Part shown: positions 1 through 13,552 of the stretch, piece after piece
Layout of the letters: each line of letters starts with the position of its first letter
How positions within the stretch are numbered: the stretch's first letter is position 1
Assembly (NCBI GenBank): GCA_951406725.2
Contig: OX597828.1
Coordinates: 76,260,001 to 76,324,000, forward strand
Origin: Octopus vulgaris
Taxonomy: Eukaryota
Direction: 5' to 3'
Length of the DNA: 64,000 nt
Notes under the pieces: model-generated
Seen by the model: only the letters and a program-made list of their open reading frames with translations
What the model was told of the DNA's origin: nothing
Database searches by the model: none
Position numbers and translations under genes: made by a program

Positions 1-249
1 CTCCTCTTCAATCCCATTTTCGCAATATCTGTAGGATAGAAGTCCCTACTAATTACATCTCATTCTAATTAATTAATGCTGAAACCACTACGCTCTTATC
101 AATATAGCAAATGGAGGAAAATGTATTATGTATTAGAAGCACGACATCCATATTATGTAACTAGAACACATACTCACAGATGCGTATATATTTATACATA
201 CCTACACACGTTTACCAACAGAAACACTCAAACACACACACACACACAC

Positions 250-314
<65 letters not shown>

Positions 315-544
315 ATATATATAGAATACTGAGAGCATTGCTCAGGGATATCTCTGCTAGTTATTTAAAATTTGAATACCTGCTATCAATCCATACTTTT
401 ATATGTACATATACATACATACACACACACACAGATATATATATATATATATATTACATACAATATATATAATACATATATATACATAGATACATACATA
501 CATATATTTACTAACCAACGTAATCACTTATGTTTATATATATT

Positions 545-588
<44 letters not shown>

Positions 589-598
589 CCTATATAAT

Positions 599-649
<51 letters not shown>

Positions 650-1212
650 TAACGTGGATATTTACGCATTTACATAATTATATCAATATACAGAGGCTCA
701 CTGCTTCATGACTACATAACTACACTATTGCCTAACCCTTACGAAAAATGTACAAACCTAGATACCTATATAATTAGATACTTATACAGACAGACACACA
801 CACGCGTTGGAGTGAGTGAATGTATTATTGCGTATATGTATATGTACGTATGTACGCATGCAGACATAAATTAATTAGAACAGGCGTGCAATATTCACTT
901 AAACCCACATATAATGCTTCTTGAAACTCTATGAGCAGAATCTGTAGCGACAACAGATTAATGAAAGACATTGATGATGATAGTAAGAGACAACATGGCC
1001 GACACCAAAGCAATATATATGTATGACTTTCTCTCTTCGTTGCTTGTCGGAACGTTATGCAAATTATATATGCAAGAATGGTATTTATTAGTGGTGGCGA
1101 CGTGAGAGCAATCTAAAGCAGTATTAAGTTACCTGCAGAATATCAATTAAAACAATGAGGATTACCAACGAATCGTGTGTATAAGGTACGGCATTATATA
1201 TTCAGAATTATC

Positions 1213-1264
<52 letters not shown>

Positions 1265-1812
1265 GCACGAACACAAACGAGCAGATACACATACATAGAG
1301 AGACTCACACACCCCTACACAAACACATATACACACACAAACTTAATGTCAAGGGTACATGTATATATATATATATATATAAACACATACATATATATAT
1401 ATATATATACATATATAAATACATATACATATACATATACAAATATATATATATATATATATACATATACATGTATATATATATATATATATATACATAT
1501 ACATACATATATATACATATATATACATATATATATGTATGCATGTATAAATACATAACATACAAACATACATGCATATCCGTAAAGTAAGTGAATTTTT
1601 ATATACAATACATTCTATAATTTACAGACACACAAACACACACACACAGGCATCTTCAATAATTTTCACATCTTTAAAGTTTATCTGTAAACTCACTATT
1701 AACGTTTACAATTAACGTCACTATGAACGTTTACAAAAATAGACACACAAATATAATTGTCGATATGCTTACGTACATGCAGAAAGTCACATGAGCCAAA
1801 GCATGTGAGCTT

Positions 1813-2304
1813 ATACATACATACATACATACATGAACACATACATACATACGTACATACATACATACATACATGAATACATACGTACATACATACATAC
1901 ATACATACATACATACATACATGAATACATACGTACATACATACATACATACATACATGAATACATACATACATACATACATACATACATACATACATAC
2001 ATACATACATACATACATGAATACATACGTACATACATACATACATACATACATACATGAATACATACGTACATACATACATACATACATACATGAATAC
2101 ATACGTACATACATACATGCATGCATACATACATACATACATACATACATACATACATACATGCATGCATACATACATACATACATACATGCATACATAC
2201 ATACGTACATACATATATACATACATACATACATACATACATGCATACACACACACATACATACATACGTACATACATATATAGATACATACATACATAC
2301 ATAC
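1813..2304. repeat. (TACA)n tetranucleotide microsatellite array
   Basis: Near-continuous ATAC units with ATGA/ACGT/ATGC variants. Confidence 0.97.
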
Positions 2305-2446
2305 GCTCCCAATAGCGCATCCTTCCATCCGTACATATCGCGCACGCACACTTCTTGTCTCTGCGTGTATGCGTACAAGTATGAATACATACGTACACAC
2401 ACATACACACACACACACATAAGTGCACATATATATATATATATGC

Positions 2447-2544
<98 letters not shown>

Positions 2545-2817
2545 GTATGTATGTATATATAAATAGACATATATATGAATACAGGTAATTCGTTGTGACA
2601 TTTCAGAGATTGGCGTAAGATTACCATTCCAAATTTTACATTAGAATGGTTATCTTTGTGTAGCTGGAAAGGTTTCCATTTGTGCCGTAAGTGTACAACA
2701 TGCAAATTGTGAAGATGTTTTCGTACAAAGAAAAACATTGTGCAAAATGATGAAGTATGACAAGTGTAATATAGCAAATTTAGACTTCGAGGCATTATAG
2801 TAACGCTCTTTATACCA

Positions 2818-2876
<59 letters not shown>

Positions 2877-2932
2877 TACATATAAATACACACATATATA
2901 TATGTGTATCTACATACATATACATATATATG

Positions 2933-3006
<74 letters not shown>

Positions 3007-3169
3007 CGTATGTATGCATTGTGTGGCGCATTCACGGAGGTGTTGAGTTTCTAGGTTAGTCACAATGAATTGGAATTCGCTACTTATGCTATGCCAAAAG
3101 AATGAGGAATATATCACATTTTGTCTGAAAACTGTGACAGGTTTAGGTAGACAAATTGCATCTAATGTA

Positions 3170-3177
3170 ACGTAGTT

Positions 3178-3219
<42 letters not shown>

Positions 3220-3437
3220 ACTGTAATTGTGTTGTTTGTGATTACATGACTTGTAGTGGTGGTGAAGCCGGTGAGGATCTTCGTATTAGCAGTAGTAGTC
3301 GCTACAGCAGAAGTAGAAGTAGTTGTAGTATTAGTAGTGCGAGAGGTATTATTATTATTATTAGTAGTAGTAGTAGTAGTAGTATTTGTAGTAGTAGTAG
3401 CAGTATTAGTCGTAGTAGTATTCGTAGTAGCAGTAGC

Positions 3438-3500
<63 letters not shown>

Positions 3501-3545
3501 TGTTGTAGTAGTAGTAGTAGTGGTGGTGGTGGTGGTGGTGGTGGT
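3170..3545. repeat. (TAG)n/(TGG)n trinucleotide microsatellite
   Basis: gtagtagta runs ending in ggtggt; source of the poly-T/S/V/L ORFs. Confidence 0.95.
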
Positions 3546-3877
3546 ATTGAGCCAATGACAGTAACGCGACTTGCTATTGGCCAAGCCATTCTGTACAGTC
3601 TCATTATGAATTACTACTAAACAAATGAAAAGGAGACTCTACTGAGGGCGGGGGGCGTTTGACACAAGAGGCATCATATAAAATGGCCGATGCTTATTTC
3701 TTTCTTCTTGACAACCTGACAATAAGGAACGGATTCTTGTTCTGTCTTTACGAAACGTTTGCAGTGATGTCAAGAAGTGAGCTCAAATATTAAAGACTTA
3801 CGGGCCGCATATAAGCGACGTATACAAAGTTAAGGAATGTAACTATTGTGTAACTATACAAAGCCAGCAAGATAGCA

Positions 3878-3907
3878 ATAATAATAGTGATAACAATAAT
3901 AATAATG

Positions 3908-3980
<73 letters not shown>

Positions 3981-4075
3981 TAATAACAATAATAACAATA
4001 ATAATTATAATAAATAATAATAGTGATGATGATGATGATGATGATGATAAAAATAATAATATCAATAATAATAAT
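3878..4075. repeat. (TAA)n microsatellite, left flank of R4/Dong fragment
   Basis: aataataat tract with interspersed aac/gat units. Confidence 0.95.
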
Positions 4076-4076
4076 T

Positions 4077-5057
4077 TCAGTCTTTAAGGAAGCTGACAAA
4101 TACAAAAAAGAAGTCATCTTATCTAACAACTGTGAAGAGAAAGAAGGAACAAAGAAGGTTGTAAAGCAAATGAAATCCAAACTAAAACTGGAACAGCGAT
4201 GAATCATGATGAAACGATGGCAAGAAAAGCCCCTTGGTGGCAAATATTGGGTTAGACTAAACAGAAAAGAAATAGACAATGCAATGTTCAAACAATGGCT
4301 GAGAAGCTCAGGACTCAAAGCAGAGACTGAAAGATTTTTAATTGCAACACAAGATCAAAGCCTTCCCACCAGAAATTACCAAAACATGCAATGAAAAGAG
4401 ATACAAGTAACTGCAGAATATGTGGAGATGGAGAAGGGACAATAAATCATATCGTCTCTGGCCGCCCAGTCCTGGCTAAGAAGGAATATTCTGACACGGC
4501 TGAGTTGGGACCTATATACACTGGAAGCTATGCCGACACTATGGAATGACAACAGAAAAAAGATGGTATTATAGGCACACGCCAGAAAAGGTCAAAGAAA
4601 ATGCGAAAGCAACCATACTCTGGGATATGCCAATACACACAGATAGAGAAATTAAGACCAAAAGGCCTAATATAGTTGTCGGATATAGTTGCTTTCTAAT
4701 CGATGTATCAATACCAACAGATGACAATGTTTGTCGAAAAGAAAGGGAAAAGTTTCAAAATACACAGATTTCGAAATAGAGGCAACGCGATTATGGAGCC
4801 CAGAAACAGAAACAATTCCTATCACAATAGGCGCATTAGGCATGATAAAAAATATTCAGACAAATACACAACAAAAACACCAGGACTAACAAGTATATAT
4901 AACATACAGAAAATAGCACTACTAATCGCCCACATCCTACGTAAAAGACTTTTTAAAATAAAAAAATAAGAGCATCACAACAGACCACAGCACATACCCA
5001 AGGCACACAGAGCTGTGCTCGGTAGTGCAGTGAAAGCACGTGATAAAAATAAGACTA

Positions 5058-5060
<3 letters not shown>
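4077..5060 (+). mobile_element. 5'-truncated R4/Dong-clade non-LTR retrotransposon (C-terminal zinc knuckle + restriction-like endonuclease), decayed
   Basis: Translation across stops and frameshifts: WQEKPLGGKY...WLRSSGLKAETERFLIATQDQSLPTRNY...CRICGDGEGTINHIVSG (CCHC-like)...ILWDMPIHTDREIKTKRPNIVV...LIDVSIP...ETIPITIGALG. A short 3' UTR and (AAT)n follow at 5061. Confidence 0.88.
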
Positions 5061-5110
<50 letters not shown>

Positions 5111-5726
5111 CAACAACAACAACAACAATACTAATGATAATAATGATAACAACAATATTATGATTCAGTAGGAGGCAGTAGCTCTCGTGGCTTTTGGTCT
5201 TAACTGATTGGAAGTGTTATCATGTACATTGTTTTGTCTTGGTATAAAATGACGGCCTACGGCAAATATTCAGCTCAATGCCACACACATGCTTGTCAGT
5301 TGCTTGACCTTAACAACTTGAGGATGTCCCTTAGTGGCTGACGATCTGTGCATCTCGAGCAGAAGTTGTGGGAGAGCATCATAACCATGTGTTCATAATT
5401 CTAGATAATTCAGGAAACAAAATTTATTTCGAAAAATACTGAACAAGAAATGCAGAGAAAAACCGCTCCACGACCAACACCTTAGAAGGCTGGATAGAAA
5501 AAAGAATAAGTCTGTGAAAGCCAGCAACAGCTTAAAGCTCCGGACTATAAGTTGTAGTATCGATCGACCCCTTTCGATCGACCCCTTTCGATTAACCCCT
5601 TTCCCTCAAAATTAAACCAGAAAAAAATCTCCAAAATGTGATTCCTCTATAATAACAACCATTCAAATAACGTAGAGTCTTGATATCCTAATCCAGTTTA
5701 ATGCAGTTACTGGATAAACGATAAAT

Positions 5727-6036
5727 GTGGAGGCACATGGCCTAGTGGTTAGAGCAGCGGACTCGCGGTCGAGGGACCGCGGGTTCGAATCTCAGACCGG
5801 GCGATGTGTGTGTTTATGAGCGAAACACCTAAGCTCCACGCGGCTCCGGCAGAAGGTAATCGCGAACTTCTGCTGACTCTTTCACCACAACTTTCTCTCA
5901 CCCTTTTCTCCTGCATCTTGCAGCTTACCTGCGACGGACCGGCGTCCCGTCCAGGTGGGGATCCTATACGCCAAGGAAACCGAGAAAGCGGCCCTTATGA
6001 GCCAGGCATGGCTCGAGAAGGAACAAACAAACCAAC
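5727..6036 (+). mobile_element. Full-length tRNA-derived SINE with 13-bp TSD
   Basis: A box TGGCCTAGTGG, B box GGTTCGAATC, body with CTGCGACGGACCGGCGTCCCGTCCAGG, (CAAA)-type tail. Exact TSD ATAAACGATAAAT at 5714-5726 and 6037-6049. Confidence 0.9.
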
Positions 6037-7084
6037 ATAAACGATAAATATCTTAGTAGATTATAAGTATGAACCTGTTATAAGGTCAAACACCCTCTAC
6101 GTATGGCATCCTATTTCTGCTGTCAAAAGCAAAATGACATTCTCACGACTGTTTCTACCAAGGCTTTGCAGATTATTCGATGAGGAAATGAATTAAAGAA
6201 TTCGTGAATCTCGGATGGTTACACTAAAATGCAGGAAGCCATTGAAATGATTTCAAAGCAGAATAATCCTATTTCAAATTCTTGCAACAAAGAGGATTCT
6301 ACTAAATGAACCTAAGAGCCCCAAATGTTAAGAAATGAATATTTTGGCAGGGTTTAAGCGGGGCAACAGATGATGTTTTACGCCGGTGATTCAACAATGA
6401 CATTACTTAAGTTGCGATCAACAGTCAGGCAGACGTGCAAGAAGAGACGTGCCATTGAGTTAGCACGAACGGTTGGAGTTCATATCTTGATGTTTCCAAA
6501 AAAATGATGTTTCTGAAAAAAAAACACATGAAATATATTCACATCTTCCTCATAGCGTCCTTGTCTCTCCTCTATTTCGTTCGCTCTATCTCTCTTTCTA
6601 TTTCTCCCTATCTTTCTGTCGTCTTGTCATCGCTAGATTCTTGTCAGTCTGTCATGTTGCGTGTATGTTTCTACTGGAAAATCAGCAAAAAAAAAAAAAA
6701 AAATTAAATAACAATCACATTAAATCCAAAGAAAATGACGAAGAGTTTAGGAAAAGCTGAAAATATTTTACTGTCAAGAAATGGTATTTGTGTGTATTTT
6801 AGTGTCCGTGTTTCTGTCAATAGTCAACTGGTTGCAACCAGACAGTAGCACGAGCACCACCTGAAATTACTTGCTGACACCAAAGAATCAGTGAAATTCA
6901 CAGACACACACATACACACACGCGTGCACACGTACATACATACACAGAATCACACATAAACACACATTCACGAATATATATATATATACGCACACACTTA
7001 CATTTTATATATACATAGATGTATATGTGTGTGCGAGTATGTGTACAAATATGTGTGTACATATTTATACATACACACACATAA

Positions 7085-7115
<31 letters not shown>

Positions 7116-7682
7116 CATATGTATATATATATATTATATATACGTATATTTATATGTATATATATGTGTGTGTGTGTGTGTGTGTCTGGAGAGAGCGATG
7201 CATACAAGCACTATCTCTCTCTCTCACACACACATATTTATATATATATATATACAGCCATATATATATTCATGCATACATATATATATATATATATATA
7301 TACATATACCAAAAAAAAAATGTTTGTGTGCACACACAATGATTTGACAGAATAATGTACAAACGTCATCAAAATCCCTAAGAAAAAATTTTCTTTGGAA
7401 TAATGATATCATTTTTTCAGAATTTCCAACTTTGGAAAATGTAAAAAAAAAAAAAATAAAGAAAACCAAATTTAACCCTCTCTCTTGATGGGATGGAAAC
7501 GGTTTTCACAACTGAGACTACTGTGGCATAGAATACAATATGTGAAGGAACTATGGCCTTTGTTTCAATTCTTCCAACTATGTTTGGAACAAGTTATATA
7601 AATCAAGTTTCTTTACAGTATCCACAAGTAAGAAATACTCAAGAGAACTGAACGGCAAAAGGTTTTCAAAAAAGAGCTATCG

Positions 7683-7729
<47 letters not shown>

Positions 7730-7751
7730 AATCTCTCTCTCTCTCTCTCTC

Positions 7752-7810
<59 letters not shown>

Positions 7811-7845
7811 GTCTGTCTATCTATCTATCACGATATATATATATA

Positions 7846-7886
<41 letters not shown>

Positions 7887-7931
7887 GTCTGTCTATCTAT
7901 CTATCTATCTATCTATCACGATATATATATA

Positions 7932-7971
<40 letters not shown>

Positions 7972-7974
<3 letters not shown>

Positions 7975-8150
7975 CGGGAAGCTTTATGAAAATAAACAAA
8001 AGACGAAGGCAGGTGGAGTACAAACAAACAATTGTATTAATATGGCGCTCAGGAATATAAATAAAACAAGTCTTTTACGTTTCGAGCCTACGCTCTTCAA
8101 CAGAAAGATACACAGAAAAGAAACACGGAGAGAAACAAGGAGGAAAAAAA
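7972..8150 (-). mobile_element. (TA)n-associated non-autonomous repeat with hammerhead-like motif (Penelope pLTR-like)
   Basis: Related segments at about 23850-23990 (-), 29470-29597 (+) and 50211-50300 (+, motif absent). All abut TA-rich or microsatellite sequence. Confidence 0.6.
8071..8108 (-). ncRNA. Minimal type-I hammerhead ribozyme-like motif, A6U core variant
   Basis: Minus strand reads TCTTT-CTGTTGA-A-GAGC-GTAG-GCTC-GAAA-CG-TA-AAAGA: 5-bp stem I, 4-bp stem II, palindromic minimal stem III (ACGT). Confidence 0.6.
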
Positions 8151-8289
8151 AAATATATATACATACATATATAACAATTGCAACGTGAAATGTGTTTATA
8201 AGCCATTTAAAACACACAAAAACAGATTCAATTCAACATTTAAATTTAATTTGCCAAAATATTTTCGTCGCTTTATATTTATATATGTA

Positions 8290-9387
8290 CCGTATATACA
8301 ATTGTAAACCAATTTTTTAGATAATTTTTTTTAATATCAAATTTATGGGTTCGACTGATATATGGCTATTTCTTTTGACAGGCTGAAATTCAAGATAGAA
8401 TCCGAAGTTCCGTATCAGCAGCAGAAACACAACTGATCTCTAAGCGAATAAAATGTAAACAGAGTGAATAACAGTAATATTACAAATTCTACACATGTCC
8501 TAGTAAATAACAAAAACCGTAAACCAGACCGCGTAGCTCTTATAAAAGAGAGCCAGAGGATGTCATGCGCAGTACAAGTAAATGTCCAGAATATGGTGCA
8601 GAGTTGTTGATCTGGAGTAGTGAATTCCCAAAGTGAGTTCTACAAGACCCCCAGGGTTCCCTGAAAGTTATCAGGTGTTCCATGTTTTTAAAAGAAATGT
8701 CGAAGAATTCCGCGCCAAAAAAGTTTGGGAACCATTGATCTAGCAATTAATTTACCGAAGTCATGCCTCTACGAATTCATACAGAGGTGTTGTTCACCGA
8801 TCGTGGTGTTTGTGGAACACGTTTCTCATCATGTATTCAGACGAGCGTATAACAGATGTGTGTATTGTATTTGGAGATGAGGAAAATATAAAGGTCGCAC
8901 GAGAACCACTGATCTAGCGATTAACTGTATGTTTTTAGTCTTATCAAAGTCATGCCTTCGTACGAATTCAGACAGTGGCGTTTGCTAGATCGTGCTGTCT
9001 GTGAAAAAAACCTTTCTCACCATGTATACAACGAGTATATGACGCATGTGTCTATTGTACTTGAAGATGAATGCAGGCTTGCAGTATATCCTGTGCATAC
9101 ATTTTAGTAATGGTGATGGCGCACCCATCAACATATGTGTAGTGCTCGCAATTAGATGGTGTTTTACTATAAGCACCAAGCATTCCACCTATAGAGCAGG
9201 CTACAGTAAGGTAGCCACGAAATTTTGTAACAGTGTTATTTATACGTACAGAATGATACGGTACATTGACCCACAAATATTGTTCTGTTGTTCGTGAAAT
9301 ACTAGGGTCGACTTTTATACGGGGTCTGTAGAAAATTCCCAATTTTTTGGCCAAAAATGAGGGCGACTATTACTCAAGTATATAAGG
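8290..9387. mobile_element. Degenerate pogo/Tigger-like non-autonomous DNA transposon with a nested MITE
   Basis: Left end TA|CCGTATATAC, right end GGCGACTATTACTCAAGTATATAAGG, plus subterminal GGGTCGAC/GGTTCGAC motifs. Confidence 0.45.
8618..8737. mobile_element. hAT (Charlie-like) MITE
   Basis: Imperfect TIRs TAGTGAATTCCCAAA / TTTGGGAACCATTG; flanks ATCTGGAG / ATCTAGCA resemble a decayed 8-bp TSD. Confidence 0.5.
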
Positions 9388-9938
9388 TGTATATTTTCAC
9401 ACAAACACACACGCACATACATACACACACACACATATATATATATATACATACATACATAATACATATTTATATAAATATATATATCGAGAGAGAGAGA
9501 GAGAGAGAGAGAAATGAAGAGAGTGAGAGAGAGAGAGAGAGCAATGCATTTAGCACTAAGCTGAAGCTAATTGTTACAACTTTCTTCGTAATGTTTAATT
9601 CTTTGTTCATAATTTCCTTCCGTTTCTTACTCTTTGAATTCCCATTAAAAACATCAACAATGTTGATGGCGTTGTCTCTGGTCACTTTCTCCTTTCCCTT
9701 GTAACAAAGAGTCCGTCAGTTTCTAATTTATCTTCCATTCCTTGTTATTAATTTGGCTCTTAAAATGGTAGCTAACAGATGTCCAAACGTCAGCGCATTA
9801 CTTCTCTCTTAAAACAATTTACAGCAGTCTTTAGACTGAAAAAATTTGAACTAAATTGATACGTGTGTTGTAAAGTTTGTGACATAACATTATTGAATAA
9901 TATAATTCAAAATATAATATAATATGGGAATATTCTAA

Positions 9939-10345
9939 GGAGGCGACTTGGTAGAAACGTTAGCACGCGCGGCGAAATGCTTAGCGGTATTTCGTCTGCC
10001 GTTACGTACTGAGTTCAAATTCCGCTGAGGTCGACTTTGCCTTTCATCCTTTCGGGGACGATAAATTAAGTACCAGTTACGTACTGGGGCCCATATAATC
10101 GACTTAATCCGTCTGTATGTCCTTGTTTGTCTCCTCTGTGTTTAGCCCCTTGTGGGTAGTAAAGAAATAGGTATTTCGTCTGCCGCTACGTTCTGAGTTC
10201 AAATTCCGCTGAGGTCGACTTTGCCTTTCATCCTTTCGGGGGTCGATGAATTAAGTACCAGTTACGCATTGGAGTTGATGTAATCGACTCATCCTCTACC
10301 CCCACCCAAATTTCCAAGGCCTTGTACTTAGAGTAAAAATAATTA
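9939..10345 (+). mobile_element. Dimeric tRNA-derived SINE (GAGTTCAAATTCCGC-GAGGTCGACTTTGCC family)
   Basis: A-box-like head, B-box-like GAGTTCAAATTCC, internal module duplicated. Many copies elsewhere in the window. Confidence 0.88.
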
Positions 10346-10554
10346 TTCGTAGTAGTATCGGTGATTGTTGTTTTCTGTTAATAACTTTATTTCCTCTCGG
10401 ATTTCAGTTCAGTACCGATCCCGATCCAGCACTAATTTTATACGATATTTTCCTCATTCTTTCGATAAGTGTTTATATTTATGCGTTGTTTCTCTTTACA
10501 CTTCACTCTTCTTGGTATAACAACTAATACTTTATTTTATACATAAAGGCAGCA

Positions 10555-10720
10555 GCAGTGGCCGGTAGAATCTTTAAGACACTCGCCAAATGACATATAC
10601 GGCATTTCGTCCATCTTTACATTCTGAGCTCAAATGTCACCGGGGCTGACTTTGCGTTTCATTCTAGTACCTCATCCCCACCGAAATTAGTGGACTTGTG
10701 CCAAAATTTGAAAGCAGTAT
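10555..10720 (+). mobile_element. Degenerate copy of the 9939 SINE family
   Basis: ggcatttcgtccatctttacattctgagctcaaatgtcacc...gactttgcgtttcat...cttgtgccaaaatttgaaa. Confidence 0.6.
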
Positions 10721-11120
10721 TGTATTCTTCTTCTTTTTTCTTTTTACCTAGTTACCACCCATCACCATACCTGCAGTTAATTATTTGACATTTAAACTCA
10801 ATCATTCAAACTTCGATGTCTGAACTAAAACAAACTCTACTTTGAACTTTTACTACAACCGGAGATATCTACATTACCATTCCTCATATTGAAACATATT
10901 ATCTTATTTTCCAGCAGCAGTAAACTTTAGAAAGAAATTCGTTCGCCACTGGTTGAACAAGCCGTCAAGCGAAAATCGAAGTCTTATTGACAATTGATGA
11001 CTTTCATTTTCCCCTTGGAAACAAATTTCCTTTCGGAAAAAGCTACATTCAAACCTCGATCGTGTTCCAGTTATGTTTTTTGCTTCTGCCTATACATATA
11101 TATATATATAAATGCATACG

Positions 11121-11198
<78 letters not shown>

Positions 11199-12207
11199 TA
11201 TATATATATATATATATATGTGTATATGTACGTATGTATTTATATACAAGAGAGAGAGAGAGAGGTGGGGAGAGACGTTTGTGAGTATGTATATCAAAGA
11301 ACTAAAGTAAAATTCAATTAACTTTAAATGTTTCAAATACAAACAATCTGTACAAACAACTTGTTTTCTTTGAACGTTTAAATTAATTTTGAAAATATCT
11401 ATCGTTACACAATCTACTTGTGCTCGCGCAGATTCACATACTTACAACACATATAAACACACAGACACGAAGGCGTACGCGCACTCGCAAGAAGCAGCGC
11501 AGCCGCTAATCGCTTTGTACATCTGCTGGAAAGACCAACTAAATCAGCTTCAACTAAGTCTACAGTACCTCCAGAAAGTGAAGGGATATATTGGGTAAAG
11601 CGGTGCATGACATACGAAAAGGCACAACTGTAATTTGTGGTCGTATATCTTAACCAATGCAAGTTTGTGTCTAAAGATCAAAGGCAGCAAACCCAAGCAC
11701 ACAATCACTTAGTCTTTGCAAATATCTATATGCATGCTTGGTTTATGTGTGTATAGTAAGGAAAGTTAATAATACGCCCATACAAACACTCATATATATG
11801 TGTGTCTCTGTGTTAATTTAATTATGCTTGCAAAATAATCATTTTCATTCTTAATTACCAATTTCTGTCAGTTGATTAAAAATGAGAAAAAAAAATTTAC
11901 AATTATTTTCAGGGAATGACGCAATCTTGTGAAGTGTTTTGCGGAAAGGAAGCCGTAAAAATATTTTCCAAACTACGGTTATATTCGTATCATTTGAGAT
12001 TCTTTTCAAATGTTTCGTTTTGCATAAAATTCATGGACTTCTCTTATTATTTTCTCTTTCTGTCTTCCGTTTATTACAACGCAACATATTCACCGTGTCA
12101 CTTTTAAAAACACACGGAAACATCCCTTTTTAAGCACGACGTTGCAGCAGTCGTGATGCTGTAAATAGACTCAGAAAACGTCGCCGTAAATTGCTTGTAC
12201 GTCAAGG

Positions 12208-12842
12208 TACATACATACATACATACATACATGCATACATACATACATACATACATACATACATACATACATACATACATGCATACATACATACATACAT
12301 ACGTACATACATACATACATACATACTTACATACATGCATGCATGCATACACACATACATACATACATACATGCATGCATACATACATACATACATACAT
12401 GCATACATACATACATACATACGTACATACATACATACATACATACTTACATACATGCATGCATGCATACACACATACATACATACATACATGCATGCAT
12501 ACATACATACATACATACATGGATACATACATACATACATACATACATACATACGTACATACGTACATACATACATACTTACATGCATGCATACATACAT
12601 ACATACATACATACATGCATACATGCATGCATGCATACACACATACATACATACATACATGCATGCATACATACATACATACATATATACATACATACAT
12701 ACATACCTATATACATTCATACATACATACATACCTATATACATACATACATACATGCATACATACATACATATATACATACATACATACATATATACAT
12801 ACATAAATACATACATACATGCATGCATACATACATACATAC

Positions 12843-12877
<35 letters not shown>

Positions 12878-12994
12878 CATACATACATATATACATACAT
12901 ACATATATATATACATAAATACATACATACATGCATACATACATACATACATACATAAATACATACATACATGCATGCATACATACATACATAC

Positions 12995-13037
<43 letters not shown>

Positions 13038-13152
13038 CATACATACATATATACATACATACATAAATATATACATACATGCATACATACATACATACAT
13101 GCATACATACATACATACATGCATACATACATACTTACATACATACATACAT
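12208..13152. repeat. About 950-bp (TACA)n array with internal 120-bp higher-order duplication
   Basis: 12301-12420 and 12421-12540 are nearly identical. Confidence 0.96.
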
Positions 13153-13195
13153 ATGCGTGTGTGAGCGTGTGCATGTATGTATATCTTTTAGCTTT

Positions 13196-13400
13196 CGTCT
13201 TTTCCTCTTTTCAGTTACTGGACTACGGCCATACTGGAGCACCACCGTAAAGTAATTTAGCTGAAAAAAATTGATCCAAGTATTTATTCTTTTAAAGCCG
13301 CGTACATATGTCCATGGGTCTTTTCTATCGAACCACTAAGTTACGGTGACGTAATCATACCAACGGTAGTTGTCAAGCGATGCTGAGGCACAAACACACA
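13196..13400 (-). mobile_element. 3' half of the 15515 SINE family
   Basis: Reverse complement similar to 15770-15960 (ggccatactggagcaccaccg, aaccactaagttacgg, ttgtcaagcga). Confidence 0.7.
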
Positions 13401-13472
13401 CACACACTATATATATATGTATATATGATTATGTATATGTATATGTATATATAAATATACATATATACACAC

Positions 13473-13504
<32 letters not shown>

Positions 13505-13552
13505 GCATTCATATATATATACATATACATATATATTTACATATATATATAT

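Noticed and set aside
1699-2795. Long ORFs of 300-354 aa (MYVC/HTYI repeats), likewise at 12104-13250
   Set aside because: They are translations of (TACA)n and (TA)n microsatellites, which lack stop codons in several frames.
3162-3620. Poly-Thr/Ser/Val ORFs resembling mucins
   Set aside because: Pure (TAG)n microsatellite, with no codon diversity or splice context.
3550-3700. Promoter (CCAAT boxes, GC box, TATAAAA)
   Set aside because: The motifs are short, and no downstream gene or transcript could be identified from the sequence.
5727-5805. Possible tRNA gene
   Set aside because: It has A and B boxes but continues into a SINE body and tail and is bounded by a TSD; I could not form a convincing acceptor stem.
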